Shown here: positions 54,232-63,091 of the stretch, piece after piece
How positions within the stretch are numbered: position 1 is the first letter of the stretch
Layout: every line of letters begins with the position of its first letter
NCBI GenBank assembly: GCA_035533075.1
Contig: DATLUO010000081.1
Location: 50,292 to 114,291 of the forward strand
Source of the DNA: Pirellulales bacterium
GTDB lineage: Bacteria; Planctomycetota; Planctomycetia; Pirellulales; JAICIG01
Direction: 5' to 3'
DNA length: 64,000 nt
Notes under the pieces: generated by a model
Databases searched by the model: none
What the model saw: the letters and a program-made list of their open reading frames with translations, nothing else
Told to the model about the DNA's origin: nothing
Program-made: the position numbers and the translations under genes

Positions 54232-54273
54232 GATGAGGGATGAGAGATGAGGGATGAGAGATGAGGGATGAGA
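54232..54273. repeat. 14-nt tandem repeat (gatgagggatgaga x3), purine-rich, just upstream of lysC
   Basis: Perfect copies at 54232, 54246 and 54260. A 9-mer doublet ggatgtaac x2 lies at 54165-54182. Confidence 0.95.
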
Positions 54274-54299
54274 GAGGAGAGATAAACGCTGGCCGTTCC

Positions 54300-56075
54300 A
54301 TGCCCTTGATTGTCCAGAAATTCGGCGGCACCAGCGTCGCCGACAGCAAGAAGATTCTCGCCGCCGCCCGAAAGGCCATCCGCGCTCAACAAGACGGAAA
54401 CCAGGTGGTGGTCGTCGTCAGCGCGATGGGCCACAATACCGACCTGTTGATCGACCTGGCCAACGAGATCACCGACAACCCGCCCGCCCGTGAAATGGAC
54501 ATGCTCCTTTCCACCGGCGAACAGGTGAGCGTGGCGCTGATGGCCATGGCCATCGAGTCGCTGGGCTACAAGGCGATCAGCATGACCGGCGCTCAGATCG
54601 GCATCAAAACCGACAGCACGCACACCAAGGCCCGCATTCATTCCATCTCGACCGACCGCATGCGTCGGGCACTCGACGATGGGAAGATCGTGATCGCCGC
54701 CGGCTTTCAGGGCGTCGATGAAGAATCGAACATCACGACGCTGGGCCGCGGCGGCAGCGATACGACGGCGGTCGCCCTGGCCGCGGTGCTGGGGGCCGAT
54801 GCTTGCGAAATCTATACCGACGTCGACGGCGTCTATACCACCGATCCGCGCGTGCTGCCCGAAGCCCGCCGCGTGAAGCAGGTGAGCTACGACGAAATGC
54901 TGGAGCTGGCCAGCCTGGGCGCCGGAGTGATGCACAGCCGCTCGATCGAGTTCGCCAAGAAATTTTCGGTGCCGATTCACGTGCGGAGCAGCTTTTCCGA
55001 CATTCCCGGCACAATGATCGTGACCGACGCCGAAGCGGCCGGACAGGCGGTGGGCGGGGCCACGCTGGTCAAGAACGAGTCGCGCGTGACGATTCTCGGC
55101 GTGCCCGACCGGCCGGGTACGAGCCACGCCATCTTCTCGAAGATCGCCGCCAAAAACATCTCGGTCGATATGATCGTGCAGAACGTGGGCAGCGACGCCC
55201 AGGCCGACATTTCTTTCACGGTGATCCGCGACGACCTGCCCGCCACCTTGCAGGCCGTGGCCGACGCGGCCAAGGAGCTGGGGGCCGAAGACTACACGCA
55301 CGACGAGAATGTCTCGAAAGTTTCCGTCGTCGGCCTGGGCATGGCCACGCAGACGGGCGTGGCCCAAAAGATGTTTCGGGCCTTGGCCGACGCCAAAGTG
55401 AACATCGAGATGATCTCGACCAGCGAGATCAAAATCTCGGTGCTCGTCTCTCGCGACGACGGGCAGACGGCGTTGCGGACCGTGCATGGCGCGTTCCAGC
55501 TCGACAAAGAGCCGTCCGGTGCGCAAGCATCGCCGCATGAGGTTCCGCGCTCGCGCAACGGCGACGCCACGGCCATCGTCGCCCGCCTGCAAGGCATGGA
55601 AGACCTGACCATCAGCGACATCCGGCTCGATGAGACGCAGGGCCGGGTGACGATCTCAGGCGTGCCCGACGCGCCGGGCATCGCCGCCGCGGTCTTCGAG
55701 CACGTGGCGGCGGCCGGCATTTTCGTCGACATGATCGTGCAGAGCTACGGCCGCGGCGGCCGGGCCAACCTCAGCTTCACCGTGCCGCAGGCCGCCTTCG
55801 ATAAGGCCATCGCTTCGAGTAAGGAAGTGGCACAACGGCTGGGCTGCGGACCCGTGAGCGGCTCGGCCCGCGTGGCCAAGCTGTCCGTGTCGGGCATCGG
55901 CATGCGCAGCCACACCGGCGTGGCCATTCGCATGTTCAAAGCGCTGTCGGAGGCCGGCATCAATCTGGAAATGATCAACACCAGCGAGGTGCGCGTGAAC
56001 GTCGTGGTCGACGGCGCCGCCGGGCACGAGGCCCTCAAGCGGCTGCAAAACGCCTTCGCCGACGTGCAGCGATAG
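54300..56075 (+). CDS. lysC: Aspartate kinase with duplicated ACT regulatory region (~590 aa)
   Basis: MPLIVQKFGGTSVADSKK, VVVVSAMG, TLGRGGSDTTA. The C-terminal region carries repeated ACT-like segments (VTILGVPDRPG..., VSVVGLGM..., VTISGVPDAPG..., LSVSGIGM...). Confidence 0.9.
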   Translation: MPLIVQKFGGTSVADSKKILAAARKAIRAQQDGNQVVVVVSAMGHNTDLLIDLANEITDNPPAREMDMLLSTGEQVSVALMAMAIESLGYKAISMTGAQIGIKTDSTHTKARIHSISTDRMRRALDDGKIVIAAGFQGVDEESNITTLGRGGSDTTAVALAAVLGADACEIYTDVDGVYTTDPRVLPEARRVKQVSYDEMLELASLGAGVMHSRSIEFAKKFSVPIHVRSSFSDIPGTMIVTDAEAAGQAVGGATLVKNESRVTILGVPDRPGTSHAIFSKIAAKNISVDMIVQNVGSDAQADISFTVIRDDLPATLQAVADAAKELGAEDYTHDENVSKVSVVGLGMATQTGVAQKMFRALADAKVNIEMISTSEIKISVLVSRDDGQTALRTVHGAFQLDKEPSGAQASPHEVPRSRNGDATAIVARLQGMEDLTISDIRLDETQGRVTISGVPDAPGIAAAVFEHVAAAGIFVDMIVQSYGRGGRANLSFTVPQAAFDKAIASSKEVAQRLGCGPVSGSARVAKLSVSGIGMRSHTGVAIRMFKALSEAGINLEMINTSEVRVNVVVDGAAGHEALKRLQNAFADVQR

Positions 56076-56879
56076 ATGAAGACTTGGTGGACCATCCTGC
56101 GAATCTCGATCGAGGAGCGGCTCGTCTACCGCGGCGACTTCGCCCTGGGCACGTTGATGCGCTTTCTGCCGATTGTCACCCAGGTGTTCCTTTGGAAAGC
56201 GATCTTCGACGCCAACGAGCGGACCGACATCGCCGGCTACAGCTATCACGACTTCATCGCTTATTATCTGCTGACGATGCTCAGCCGGGCGTTTTCGAGC
56301 ATGCCCGGCCTCGCGTCGGGCATCGCCCTGCAAATCCGCAACGGCGAAATCAAAAAGTTCCTGGTGCAGCCGATCGACCTGGTCGGCTTTCTGCTGTTGG
56401 GCCGCGTGGCTCACAAGCTCGTCTACTACGTCGTGGCGGCCGCGCCGTTCGCCTTGGTGTTCTTTCTCTGTCGCGGTTTCTTTCCAGGTTGGCCCGATGG
56501 ATGGACGCTGGCCGCATTTGGCCTGTCGCTGGTGATGTCGTTTCTGCTCGGCTTCTTTCTCGAAGCCACGCTGGGGATGATCGGCTTCTGGTTTCTGGAA
56601 GTCAGCTCGCTGTTGTTCGTCTATATGCTTTTCAATTTCTTCTTTTCCGGGCACATGTTCCCCATCGACATGCTGCCCGGCATCTGGGGCAAGCTCGTGG
56701 AGATGCTGCCGCTCAAATACCTGGCCTACTTCCCGTCGGCCGTATTCCTGGGCAAAATCCAGGGGCCGCAACTCGTGCGAGAACTGCTGCTGGAGTTCTG
56801 TTGGCTGCTGTTTTTCATCGTCGCCTGTCGCCTGGCCCTTCGTCGCGGTTATCATCGTTACAGTGGATATGGAGGATAG
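56076..56879 (+). CDS. ABC-2 type transporter permease (ABC2_membrane_6/DUF990-like)
   Basis: Six predicted TM helices. N-terminus WWTILRISIEERLVYRGDF. ATG abuts the lysC stop. Confidence 0.65.
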   Translation: MKTWWTILRISIEERLVYRGDFALGTLMRFLPIVTQVFLWKAIFDANERTDIAGYSYHDFIAYYLLTMLSRAFSSMPGLASGIALQIRNGEIKKFLVQPIDLVGFLLLGRVAHKLVYYVVAAAPFALVFFLCRGFFPGWPDGWTLAAFGLSLVMSFLLGFFLEATLGMIGFWFLEVSSLLFVYMLFNFFFSGHMFPIDMLPGIWGKLVEMLPLKYLAYFPSAVFLGKIQGPQLVRELLLEFCWLLFFIVACRLALRRGYHRYSGYGG

Positions 56880-56942
56880 GGTTCATGGTTCACTAAGCAC
56901 TGACCACGGACTACTGACCACTGACTACCGACTACTGACCAC

Positions 56943-57770
56943 ATGTCCGACCAGCCCAACTACTTTCGCGTGTTCCTGACCTTCGCCCAAAACAGTCTGG
57001 TGCGCGACATGACGTTCCGGGCGAACTTCATCATCGATGGCGTCTCGTCGCTCTCTTGGGTACTGATGAACCTGGGTTTTTACGTACTGATTTTCGAGTA
57101 TACGGGCGAAATCGGCGCGCGGACGGGATGGCACAAGTACGAGTTTTTCGTGTTTCTGGCCACGACGCTGTTCATCAACAGCCTCGTGCAGACCTTCTTC
57201 ATGCCCAACGCCAACGAGTTCAGCGAGCTGATCCGCACCGGCAATCTCGACTTCGCGCTGTTAAAGCCGATCGACACGCAGTTCCTCATTTCCTTGCAGC
57301 GAGTGGAATGGTCGAGCCTGGCGAACTTCGTCTTTGCGGGCGTCCTGCTGGGGTATTCGCTGACGGAGTTGAGCCACCGGCCCCCCTTGCTGCAAATGGT
57401 GCTCTATCCGGTCTACGTGGCCTGCGGCGTGGCGGTGCTGTATAGCCTGATGATTGTGCTGTCGAGCGTCAGCGTCTGGTTGGGCCGCAATCAAAGCCTT
57501 TACGACTTCTGGTTTTACATCACCAATTTCTCGCGTTATCCGATGGAGATTTACCGCGGGTCGATCGGCACTCCGCTACGGCGGATCTTCACGTTCATCA
57601 TTCCGGTGCTGATCGTGGTCAACGTGCCGGCCCGACTGTTGGCCAAGCCGCTGGAAAGCGACAACTGGCCCTTGGCGGCCTTTGCCCTGCTGGCCACCGC
57701 CGGCAGCCTGCTGGTTTCGCGTGCGATCTTCAACCGTGCCCTGGCCAGCTACCGCAGCGCCAGCAGCTAG
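56943..57770 (+). CDS. ABC-2 type transporter permease (second subunit, DUF990-like)
   Basis: YFRVFLTFAQNSLVRDMTFRANFII, multi-TM. No ATPase gene in the window. Confidence 0.65.
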   Translation: MSDQPNYFRVFLTFAQNSLVRDMTFRANFIIDGVSSLSWVLMNLGFYVLIFEYTGEIGARTGWHKYEFFVFLATTLFINSLVQTFFMPNANEFSELIRTGNLDFALLKPIDTQFLISLQRVEWSSLANFVFAGVLLGYSLTELSHRPPLLQMVLYPVYVACGVAVLYSLMIVLSSVSVWLGRNQSLYDFWFYITNFSRYPMEIYRGSIGTPLRRIFTFIIPVLIVVNVPARLLAKPLESDNWPLAAFALLATAGSLLVSRAIFNRALASYRSASS

Positions 57771-57936
57771 CGAGGGAGGGACGGAGAGAGGGAGAGAAGG
57801 AGAGACGGAGGGAGACAAGGAGAAAACTACCTCGCGCGATGTGCTGCAATGCCGCTCCCCGTATCGCTCCTTCCCTCCGTTTCTCCTTCGCTCCCTCTCT
57901 CCGTCGCTCCGTCTCTCCTCCCTCGCCCTCCTTCCA
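57771..57936. repeat. Polypurine tract followed by a partly complementary polypyrimidine tract (long imperfect hairpin / H-DNA-prone)
   Basis: 57771-57827 is almost pure G/A (gagggagggacggagagagggagagaaggagagacggagggagacaaggagaaaac). 57853-57936 is almost pure C/T with matching ctcc/tctc blocks. Confidence 0.85.
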
Positions 57937-57957
57937 TCCGACGTGCGCCAGGGTATC

Positions 57958-58899
57958 ATGGGAGAACCGCATTCACCCTTTTACCTTTCCGAGGCCCTTG
58001 CCATGCACCACGACGACCACGCGTTCCGTCCCGAGATTTCCCGCCGACAGCTTTTGACCACTGCCGCCGCCGGCACCGTGGCCTTGACGACCGGCGTGGC
58101 CCGCGCCGCGGAGGCGCCCGTGGCCGCCCGCGGCAACATCAAGCAGTCGCTCGTTCAATGGTGCTACAAGAAATACTGGAATGCCGACGAGATGTGCCGC
58201 GTGGCCAAACAGCTTGGCTGCGTCAGCATCGAGCTGGCCGATCGGAAGGACTGGCCGACCATCAAGAAGCACGGCCTGACCTGTGCCATCGCCACCAGCC
58301 ACACGTTCGAGAAAGGGATGAACAACCCCGAATATCACGAGATGTGCATCGACAAGATTCGCTCGTCGATCGACGCCTGCGCGGAGTACGGCTTTCCGAA
58401 CGTGATCACGTTCACGGGTTTTCGCGAGAACATTCCCGACGACGTGGGCCTGGCCAACTGCGTCAAGGGCTTTAAGAAGATCATCGGCCACGCGGAAAAG
58501 AAGAAGGTGAATCTCTGCCTGGAGATGCTCAACAGCCGCGTGAATGAGGAGATGAAGGGGCATCCCGGCTATCAGGGCGATCACACCGACTACTGCATGG
58601 AGATCATTCGCGAGGTCGGTTCTCCGCGGATGAAGCTGCTGTTCGACATTTACCACGTGCAGATCATGGACGGCGACGTGATCGTGCGGCTCAAGCAGTA
58701 CGCCGACTACATCGCCCACATCCATACGGCCGGCAATCCCGGCCGCCGCGAGTTGGACGACCAGCAAGAAATCAACTATCCGCCGATCATGCGGGCACTG
58801 TTGGAAGTGGGCTACACGGGTTACGTCGGGCAGGAGTTCATTCCCACCCGCGACCCGCTCGACGGCCTGCGCCAGGCCGTGGCCTTGTGCGACGTGTGA
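57958..58899 (+). CDS. Tat-exported xylose-isomerase-like TIM-barrel protein (hydroxypyruvate isomerase/sugar-phosphate isomerase family)
   Basis: Tat leader SRRQLLTTAAAGTVALTTGVARA. LCLEMLN, DIYHVQIMDGD, HIHTAGNPGRRE, GQEFIP. Start is ATG 57958 or 58003. Confidence 0.75.
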   Translation: MGEPHSPFYLSEALAMHHDDHAFRPEISRRQLLTTAAAGTVALTTGVARAAEAPVAARGNIKQSLVQWCYKKYWNADEMCRVAKQLGCVSIELADRKDWPTIKKHGLTCAIATSHTFEKGMNNPEYHEMCIDKIRSSIDACAEYGFPNVITFTGFRENIPDDVGLANCVKGFKKIIGHAEKKKVNLCLEMLNSRVNEEMKGHPGYQGDHTDYCMEIIREVGSPRMKLLFDIYHVQIMDGDVIVRLKQYADYIAHIHTAGNPGRRELDDQQEINYPPIMRALLEVGYTGYVGQEFIPTRDPLDGLRQAVALCDV

Positions 58900-58918
58900 C
58901 GGCGACGCCTGGCCCGGA

Positions 58919-59428
58919 TTATTCGGCCCGTAGCTGGCCTCGTGAGAGGTCAGGCCGTGGTGAACAAAAAAACTTGGTTGACTTCCCGCTTTCGGGCCGG
59001 ACTCGGTTGTTGTGCAACCAGCCGGCGTACCGACGCACGCGTGTCCGCACGTTGCGTTGCGGAAAACAACGCCGTCGTTGCGGCGAGCTTGCAACGCAAC
59101 TCGCATGGATGGCGGGTCTTCCAACAATCTTGAGGCCGCCTTGAAAAAAACCGGCCGCAACCACCGTGATGGAGAGTAGGCCGGCGATCCAGCCTTCGAC
59201 CTCGGCGACGATTTTGGCCACGCGTTGCCGTGAGATGCCGTAATCCGCGGCCGGGGCGTCTTCCGTTTCGCCGTCGAGCACATGTCGCTCATAGATGCGG
59301 CAATCGCGGGGGTTGGGCGCTCGGCGGCCGTTCGTGGCGTGTGCCGGCGCGCCGGGGCTTGCATCGGCGTTTTCTTTGGCGGCGGTGCCGCCCTTTCGTC
59401 GCGGTTTTTTCACGGGAGGGTCATTCAT
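58919..59428 (-). CDS. Hypothetical protein with sigma-region-4-like HTH; 3' extent doubtful
   Basis: RDCRIYERHVLDGETEDAPAADYGISRQRVAKIVAEVEGWIA. The distal half runs through a structured region (gttgcgttgc...gcaacgcaac at 59051-59100) and may not be coding. Confidence 0.3.
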   Translation of the reverse strand: MNDPPVKKPRRKGGTAAKENADASPGAPAHATNGRRAPNPRDCRIYERHVLDGETEDAPAADYGISRQRVAKIVAEVEGWIAGLLSITVVAAGFFQGGLKIVGRPAIHASCVASSPQRRRCFPQRNVRTRVRRYAGWLHNNRVRPESGKSTKFFCSPRPDLSRGQLRAE

Positions 59429-59632
59429 GGCCTGTTCTTCTTTGTTGAAATGCGATGCGCGGGGTTGGTTCACACCATTACGGCACGCTCCGTCGGCCTC
59501 AAAGCTTCCCGCGTTCTACCTGCCGGTTGGCTTGGGACGTGCAAAGTAAGCGTCACGCCCGGCGCGACGACCGGCCCGCCGTGACTCAGAGGAGGTGTAA
59601 CTGGTCGCTGGTCCGATCGGTGGCGCTGGCCA

Positions 59633-59650
59633 TGGCGCAAATTTGCGCCA
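59633..59650. promoter_or_regulatory. Operator-like perfect palindrome 1 (TGGCGCAAATTTGCGCCA)
   Basis: 18-bp perfect palindrome with core GCAAATTTGC. It is followed about 12 nt later by aaaacgcggcggattt. Confidence 0.5.
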
Positions 59651-59719
59651 GTGGGAAAAACGCGGCGGATTTTGCGATGTCATAGACCACAGGTGGGGTT
59701 TCGTGCTCGGCTGGGCGCA

Positions 59720-59745
59720 CGGTCTTTGCAAATTTGCAAAGACCG
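59720..59745. promoter_or_regulatory. Operator-like perfect palindrome 2 (CGGTCTTTGCAAATTTGCAAAGACCG)
   Basis: 26-bp perfect palindrome with the same GCAAATTTGC core, 91 nt centre-to-centre from palindrome 1. It is followed by aaaacacggcggattt. Confidence 0.5.
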
Positions 59746-60041
59746 CAAAACACGGCGGATTTGGGCATGGGATACCTCAAAGCAGCGGACGTCGCGGTGG
59801 TTCCGCGTTCGCCAGTCCCCGTGAGCGCTCGCCTTGGACGACTACGGTCGCCGTTGATCTTTCCTGACTGTAGCCGGCGGCTGGCTTGCTTCCGCTCCGC
59901 GGCGCGGAAGGATCCCGTCTTCAACATCCGATGCTCAGAACTTAGGCACAGATGCGTACACATGCACACTTAATAGGCAGTCCCGTCGGAACCCTCTACT
60001 AAGGTATGAGACGTCAAAAAACGCCGGCAAAGTCCCGTTAT

Positions 60042-60053
60042 TGCAAATTTGCA
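60042..60053. promoter_or_regulatory. Operator-like palindrome 3 (TGCAAATTTGCA)
   Basis: 12-bp perfect palindrome with the same core, followed by cgaacgaggcgcggcgcggcttttt. Confidence 0.4.
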
Positions 60054-60436
60054 CGAACGAGGCGCGGCGCGGCTTTTTCGCTCCGATCGTCAGCTTTCAC
60101 GAGCAAGTTGGGCCGCCACCTTTCCTGCCGAATCGGGATTGATCCTGCCCGCGGTCCGACGCAACGCCATGATAGCAGCACGCGACCACCGGTCGCCGAG
60201 TTGTTCGGGCCGATTTTCACTTTCAGGGCCTTCGCTTCGGCGAGCTCGCCTTCGGCTAACGAATGCACTCGCGGGTTCGTCGTCTTAAGCTCTGGCGATC
60301 CTTGAAAATCGGACCCGCCCGTTTCGTCGCCCGTTTTTCTTCGCTAGTCTTGACCAAGGCGCTGGGCCAGGATACTCTTATAGAAAGAGTTCTCTTCTAA
60401 CAAGAGTGTGACCTTTGGGAAATCTGGAGTACCGCA

Positions 60437-61072
60437 ATGAATGAAGCAAATATGGAGCGTGTGCGCGAAGACCTGGCCGTTATGAAGCAAGCCATGGGAC
60501 TTCATCTGCCCTTTCAGCGTGACCACGTTTGGGCCTGTCTTGCGCTGGCTGTCGTTGGGATCGTCATGGCGGCAGTCACGGCTTTCACGCGCATCGCCGC
60601 CGTGCCGGTCACGCAAGGCTCGTTGGCCCATCTGAGTTACATCGCCTTCGTCGTCGTTCCCGTCCTGTTGGTCATCATTGGCCTGGGCGTCGTGTCGTAC
60701 CGTCGAAAAGCACTCGCGCCCTTGCTGTGGCGTGAATCCCGGACGACGGCGGTCGTCGCCACTGTCGCTGTGCCCGTGTATCTCAGTTTCCTTGCCTGGG
60801 CCGTATCGAGGGGCATCTCGCCGGCAGCTTTGACGGCTGCAACTCTTTTCCTCGCAGGACTATTCTGCCTCCTGCGTGCGCTGTCCGAACCGGGCCGGCT
60901 GTACGTTCTTGGTTGGGCCGTGTCAACGATGCTGGCCGGTGCGTGCGCTCCGTTGGGGAACTACGGCAACGCAGGCATTCTTGCGGGTGCTTGGCTGCTC
61001 GTCGGGGGCCTCTTCACGGCGGGAATCATGGCCTGGCAACTGCGCCGCAGGGGTGCTCAGGATGACCGTTGA
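60437..61072 (+). CDS. Integral membrane protein (5-6 TM), unknown function
   Basis: Hydrophobic segments throughout (ACLALAVVGIVMAAVTAF, IAFVVVPVLLVIIGLGVV, and others). Overlaps the downstream regulator gene by 11 nt. Confidence 0.55.
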   Translation: MNEANMERVREDLAVMKQAMGLHLPFQRDHVWACLALAVVGIVMAAVTAFTRIAAVPVTQGSLAHLSYIAFVVVPVLLVIIGLGVVSYRRKALAPLLWRESRTTAVVATVAVPVYLSFLAWAVSRGISPAALTAATLFLAGLFCLLRALSEPGRLYVLGWAVSTMLAGACAPLGNYGNAGILAGAWLLVGGLFTAGIMAWQLRRRGAQDDR

Positions 61073-61376
61073 CTTTAATGGTCTGGACACGACCGTTCAC
61101 GGCCCCGTACGGCTAGGCGTCCTTACCGCCTTGCAGACCGACGGCCCTTTGGACTTCACGACGTTGAAGAAGCGGCTCGCCGTGACTGACGGAGCACTCG
61201 GACTGCACCTGCAAAAGCTCGATGATGCGGGTTACATCGGCTGTGAGAAGGCATTTGTAGGCCAGCGACCGAAATCCACGTACCGCATCACGCCCCTTGG
61301 CCGCAAAGCGCTTGCCAACTACCTGAACGCGATGCAGTCAATCATTGATTCCGTCAAAAACACCAAGAAAAACTGA
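61062..61376 (+). CDS. Winged-helix transcriptional regulator (ArsR-like / PF13601-type)
   Basis: HGPVRLGVLTALQTDGPLDFTTLKKRLAVTDGALGLHLQKLDDAGYIGCEKAFVGQRPKSTYRITPLGRKALANYL. Confidence 0.75.
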   Translation: MTVDFNGLDTTVHGPVRLGVLTALQTDGPLDFTTLKKRLAVTDGALGLHLQKLDDAGYIGCEKAFVGQRPKSTYRITPLGRKALANYLNAMQSIIDSVKNTKKN

Positions 61377-61384
61377 GGTTCCAC

Positions 61385-62842
61385 ATGATCCGTCTCTGCC
61401 ACGTTCTCTTTTCCATCGTGATTTTCGTGTTTTTGTTTATTATTGGCGGTGCGCGCATCGGGGACGTCGGCGCGGGCGAATCTGCTGCTAAGAGCATTGC
61501 CGGCGCCTGGGAAGGAACGCTGAAGGTCGGCGACGTGAAAATATCCCTGGTCATCAACTTGACGGAGGCGGCTGCCGGAGGGTGGAGCGGTACGCTCGAC
61601 GCTCCCGATTCAGGGCGTAAGGGGGTCCCAATTGATGACATTACGATCAAGACTGACCGCATAAACCTAACATTGAAAGACGTCCCAGCGAGCTTCGAGG
61701 GCGACTTGAACAACGAATGGTCGCAAATGAAAGGCGTGTGGAAACAAGGAGGCCAACGATTTAACGTAACCTTTCAACGAATCGGGAACGTATCGCACGT
61801 CGCGCACAAGAGACCGCAGGAGCCGCAGAAGCCTTATCCTTATTCCAAAGAAGAGGTCGCCTTCGAGAACAAGACCGACGGAGCGCGCTTAGCCGCCACT
61901 CTCACACTGCCCAAAGGTGTCGGCCCTTTTCCTGCCGTCATGCTTATCACCGGATCTGGACCGCAGGATCGGGACGAGACGCTCTTCGGTCACAGGCCCT
62001 TCTTGGTCCTGGCAGACTACCTGACCCGCCGCGGCATCGCCGTCTTGCGAGCCGACGACCGTGGGATAGGTCGATCGACCGGTGACTTCACTCAATCGAC
62101 GCCGGAAGACTTTGCAAGAGACACCTTTGCTGGCCTGGAATACCTGAAAGCACGCCAAGAGATCGACAGGAAGCGGATAGGGCTGATCGGACACAGTGAC
62201 GGCGGCACAGTTGCATCCCTTGTGGCAAGCAAATCCACGGATGTGGCCTTCGTCGTCATGATGGCTGGGCCGGGCTTAAAGGGCGACGAGCTCGCCTATT
62301 CTCAGGCGGCGCTGATGCTCAAAGTGGCTGGCGCGAGCCGGGCACAGATCGACAAAAGCCGCGAGCTGCAAACGCAACTTATTGCGGTCATCCAACGCGA
62401 GACCGACGACATCACGGCTGAAGCCGAACTTAGACGGGTGCTGGACGCGCACTTCGCAAGCCTCAGTGCGGCGGAAAGGAAAGCGGCAGGAGACTTAGGA
62501 GCTTTGGCAGACGCTCAGGTGAAGAACATGCTGTCGCCTTCGTTCCGGTTCGGCGTCACCTACGATCCAACGCCGACTCTGCTGAAGGTCAGGTGCCCTG
62601 TGCTGGCTCTAAACGGCGAGAAAGATATCGTCGTGGCCAGTCGGGAGAACCTAATGGCGATTGAGGCTGCTCTGATGGCCGGCGGCAACCAGCAGTTCAC
62701 CATCCGCCCGTTACCGAAGCTGAACCACTTTTTCCAGACCTGCGAAACCGGATCATTCGGCGAGTGTTCTTCAATCGAGGAAACGCTTGCTCCCGTCGTC
62801 CTGGAAGTAATCGGTGACTGGATCGCGACGCAAATGAAATGA
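61385..62842 (+). CDS. Secreted alpha/beta-hydrolase (serine hydrolase) with N-terminal beta-rich domain
   Basis: N-terminal hydrophobic leader. Nucleophile elbow IGLIGHSDGG (GxSxG). PAVMLITGSGPQDRDE. Late His in LPKLNHFF. Confidence 0.75.
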   Translation: MIRLCHVLFSIVIFVFLFIIGGARIGDVGAGESAAKSIAGAWEGTLKVGDVKISLVINLTEAAAGGWSGTLDAPDSGRKGVPIDDITIKTDRINLTLKDVPASFEGDLNNEWSQMKGVWKQGGQRFNVTFQRIGNVSHVAHKRPQEPQKPYPYSKEEVAFENKTDGARLAATLTLPKGVGPFPAVMLITGSGPQDRDETLFGHRPFLVLADYLTRRGIAVLRADDRGIGRSTGDFTQSTPEDFARDTFAGLEYLKARQEIDRKRIGLIGHSDGGTVASLVASKSTDVAFVVMMAGPGLKGDELAYSQAALMLKVAGASRAQIDKSRELQTQLIAVIQRETDDITAEAELRRVLDAHFASLSAAERKAAGDLGALADAQVKNMLSPSFRFGVTYDPTPTLLKVRCPVLALNGEKDIVVASRENLMAIEAALMAGGNQQFTIRPLPKLNHFFQTCETGSFGECSSIEETLAPVVLEVIGDWIATQMK

Positions 62843-62872
62843 ACCGAAAATGGCAAGTGCAAGACCCCGATA

Positions 62873-62905
62873 CTTTCGTCGGACTGCCGAAGAGCCGGCA
62901 ATCCG
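62873..62905 (+). repeat. 33-nt direct repeat, left copy (flanks the vapBC cassette)
   Basis: ctttcgtcggactgccgaagagccggcaatccg is identical to 63871-63903. Degenerate similarity continues for a further ~40 nt. Confidence 0.9.
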
Positions 62906-63091
62906 GGCCGTTCGGTCGGCGGCCGGCTTGCTCGCTCGGCGACGGCCTGACCCGCTATGCTGAATCGTGCGAGCGGCCCCAGGCCCACCGGCGACGACGC
63001 ACCGTGCGCACCGAGTAGCTCCGTTTCAATGCGCTCGGCAATGGCATAAAATGGAACCGTCGTAAACGAGGATTGGCCTGGAGGCATTAAG

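Noticed and set aside
31457-57936. CRISPR array among the tandem repeats (31457, 54232, 56900, 57771)
   Set aside because: The repeat units are 7-14 nt with no unique spacers of 25-40 nt, and no cas genes are present. These are simple tandem or low-complexity repeats.
57973-59364. 463-aa ORF on the minus strand
   Set aside because: Mostly antisense to the Tat-exported TIM-barrel isomerase gene. No motifs.
62873-62960. Calling the vapBC-flanking repeats bona fide integron attC sites
   Set aside because: There is no canonical R'/R'' core (GTTRRRY/RYYYAAC), the stems are only partly conserved between the two copies, and no intI gene is in the window. They are reported only as direct repeats.
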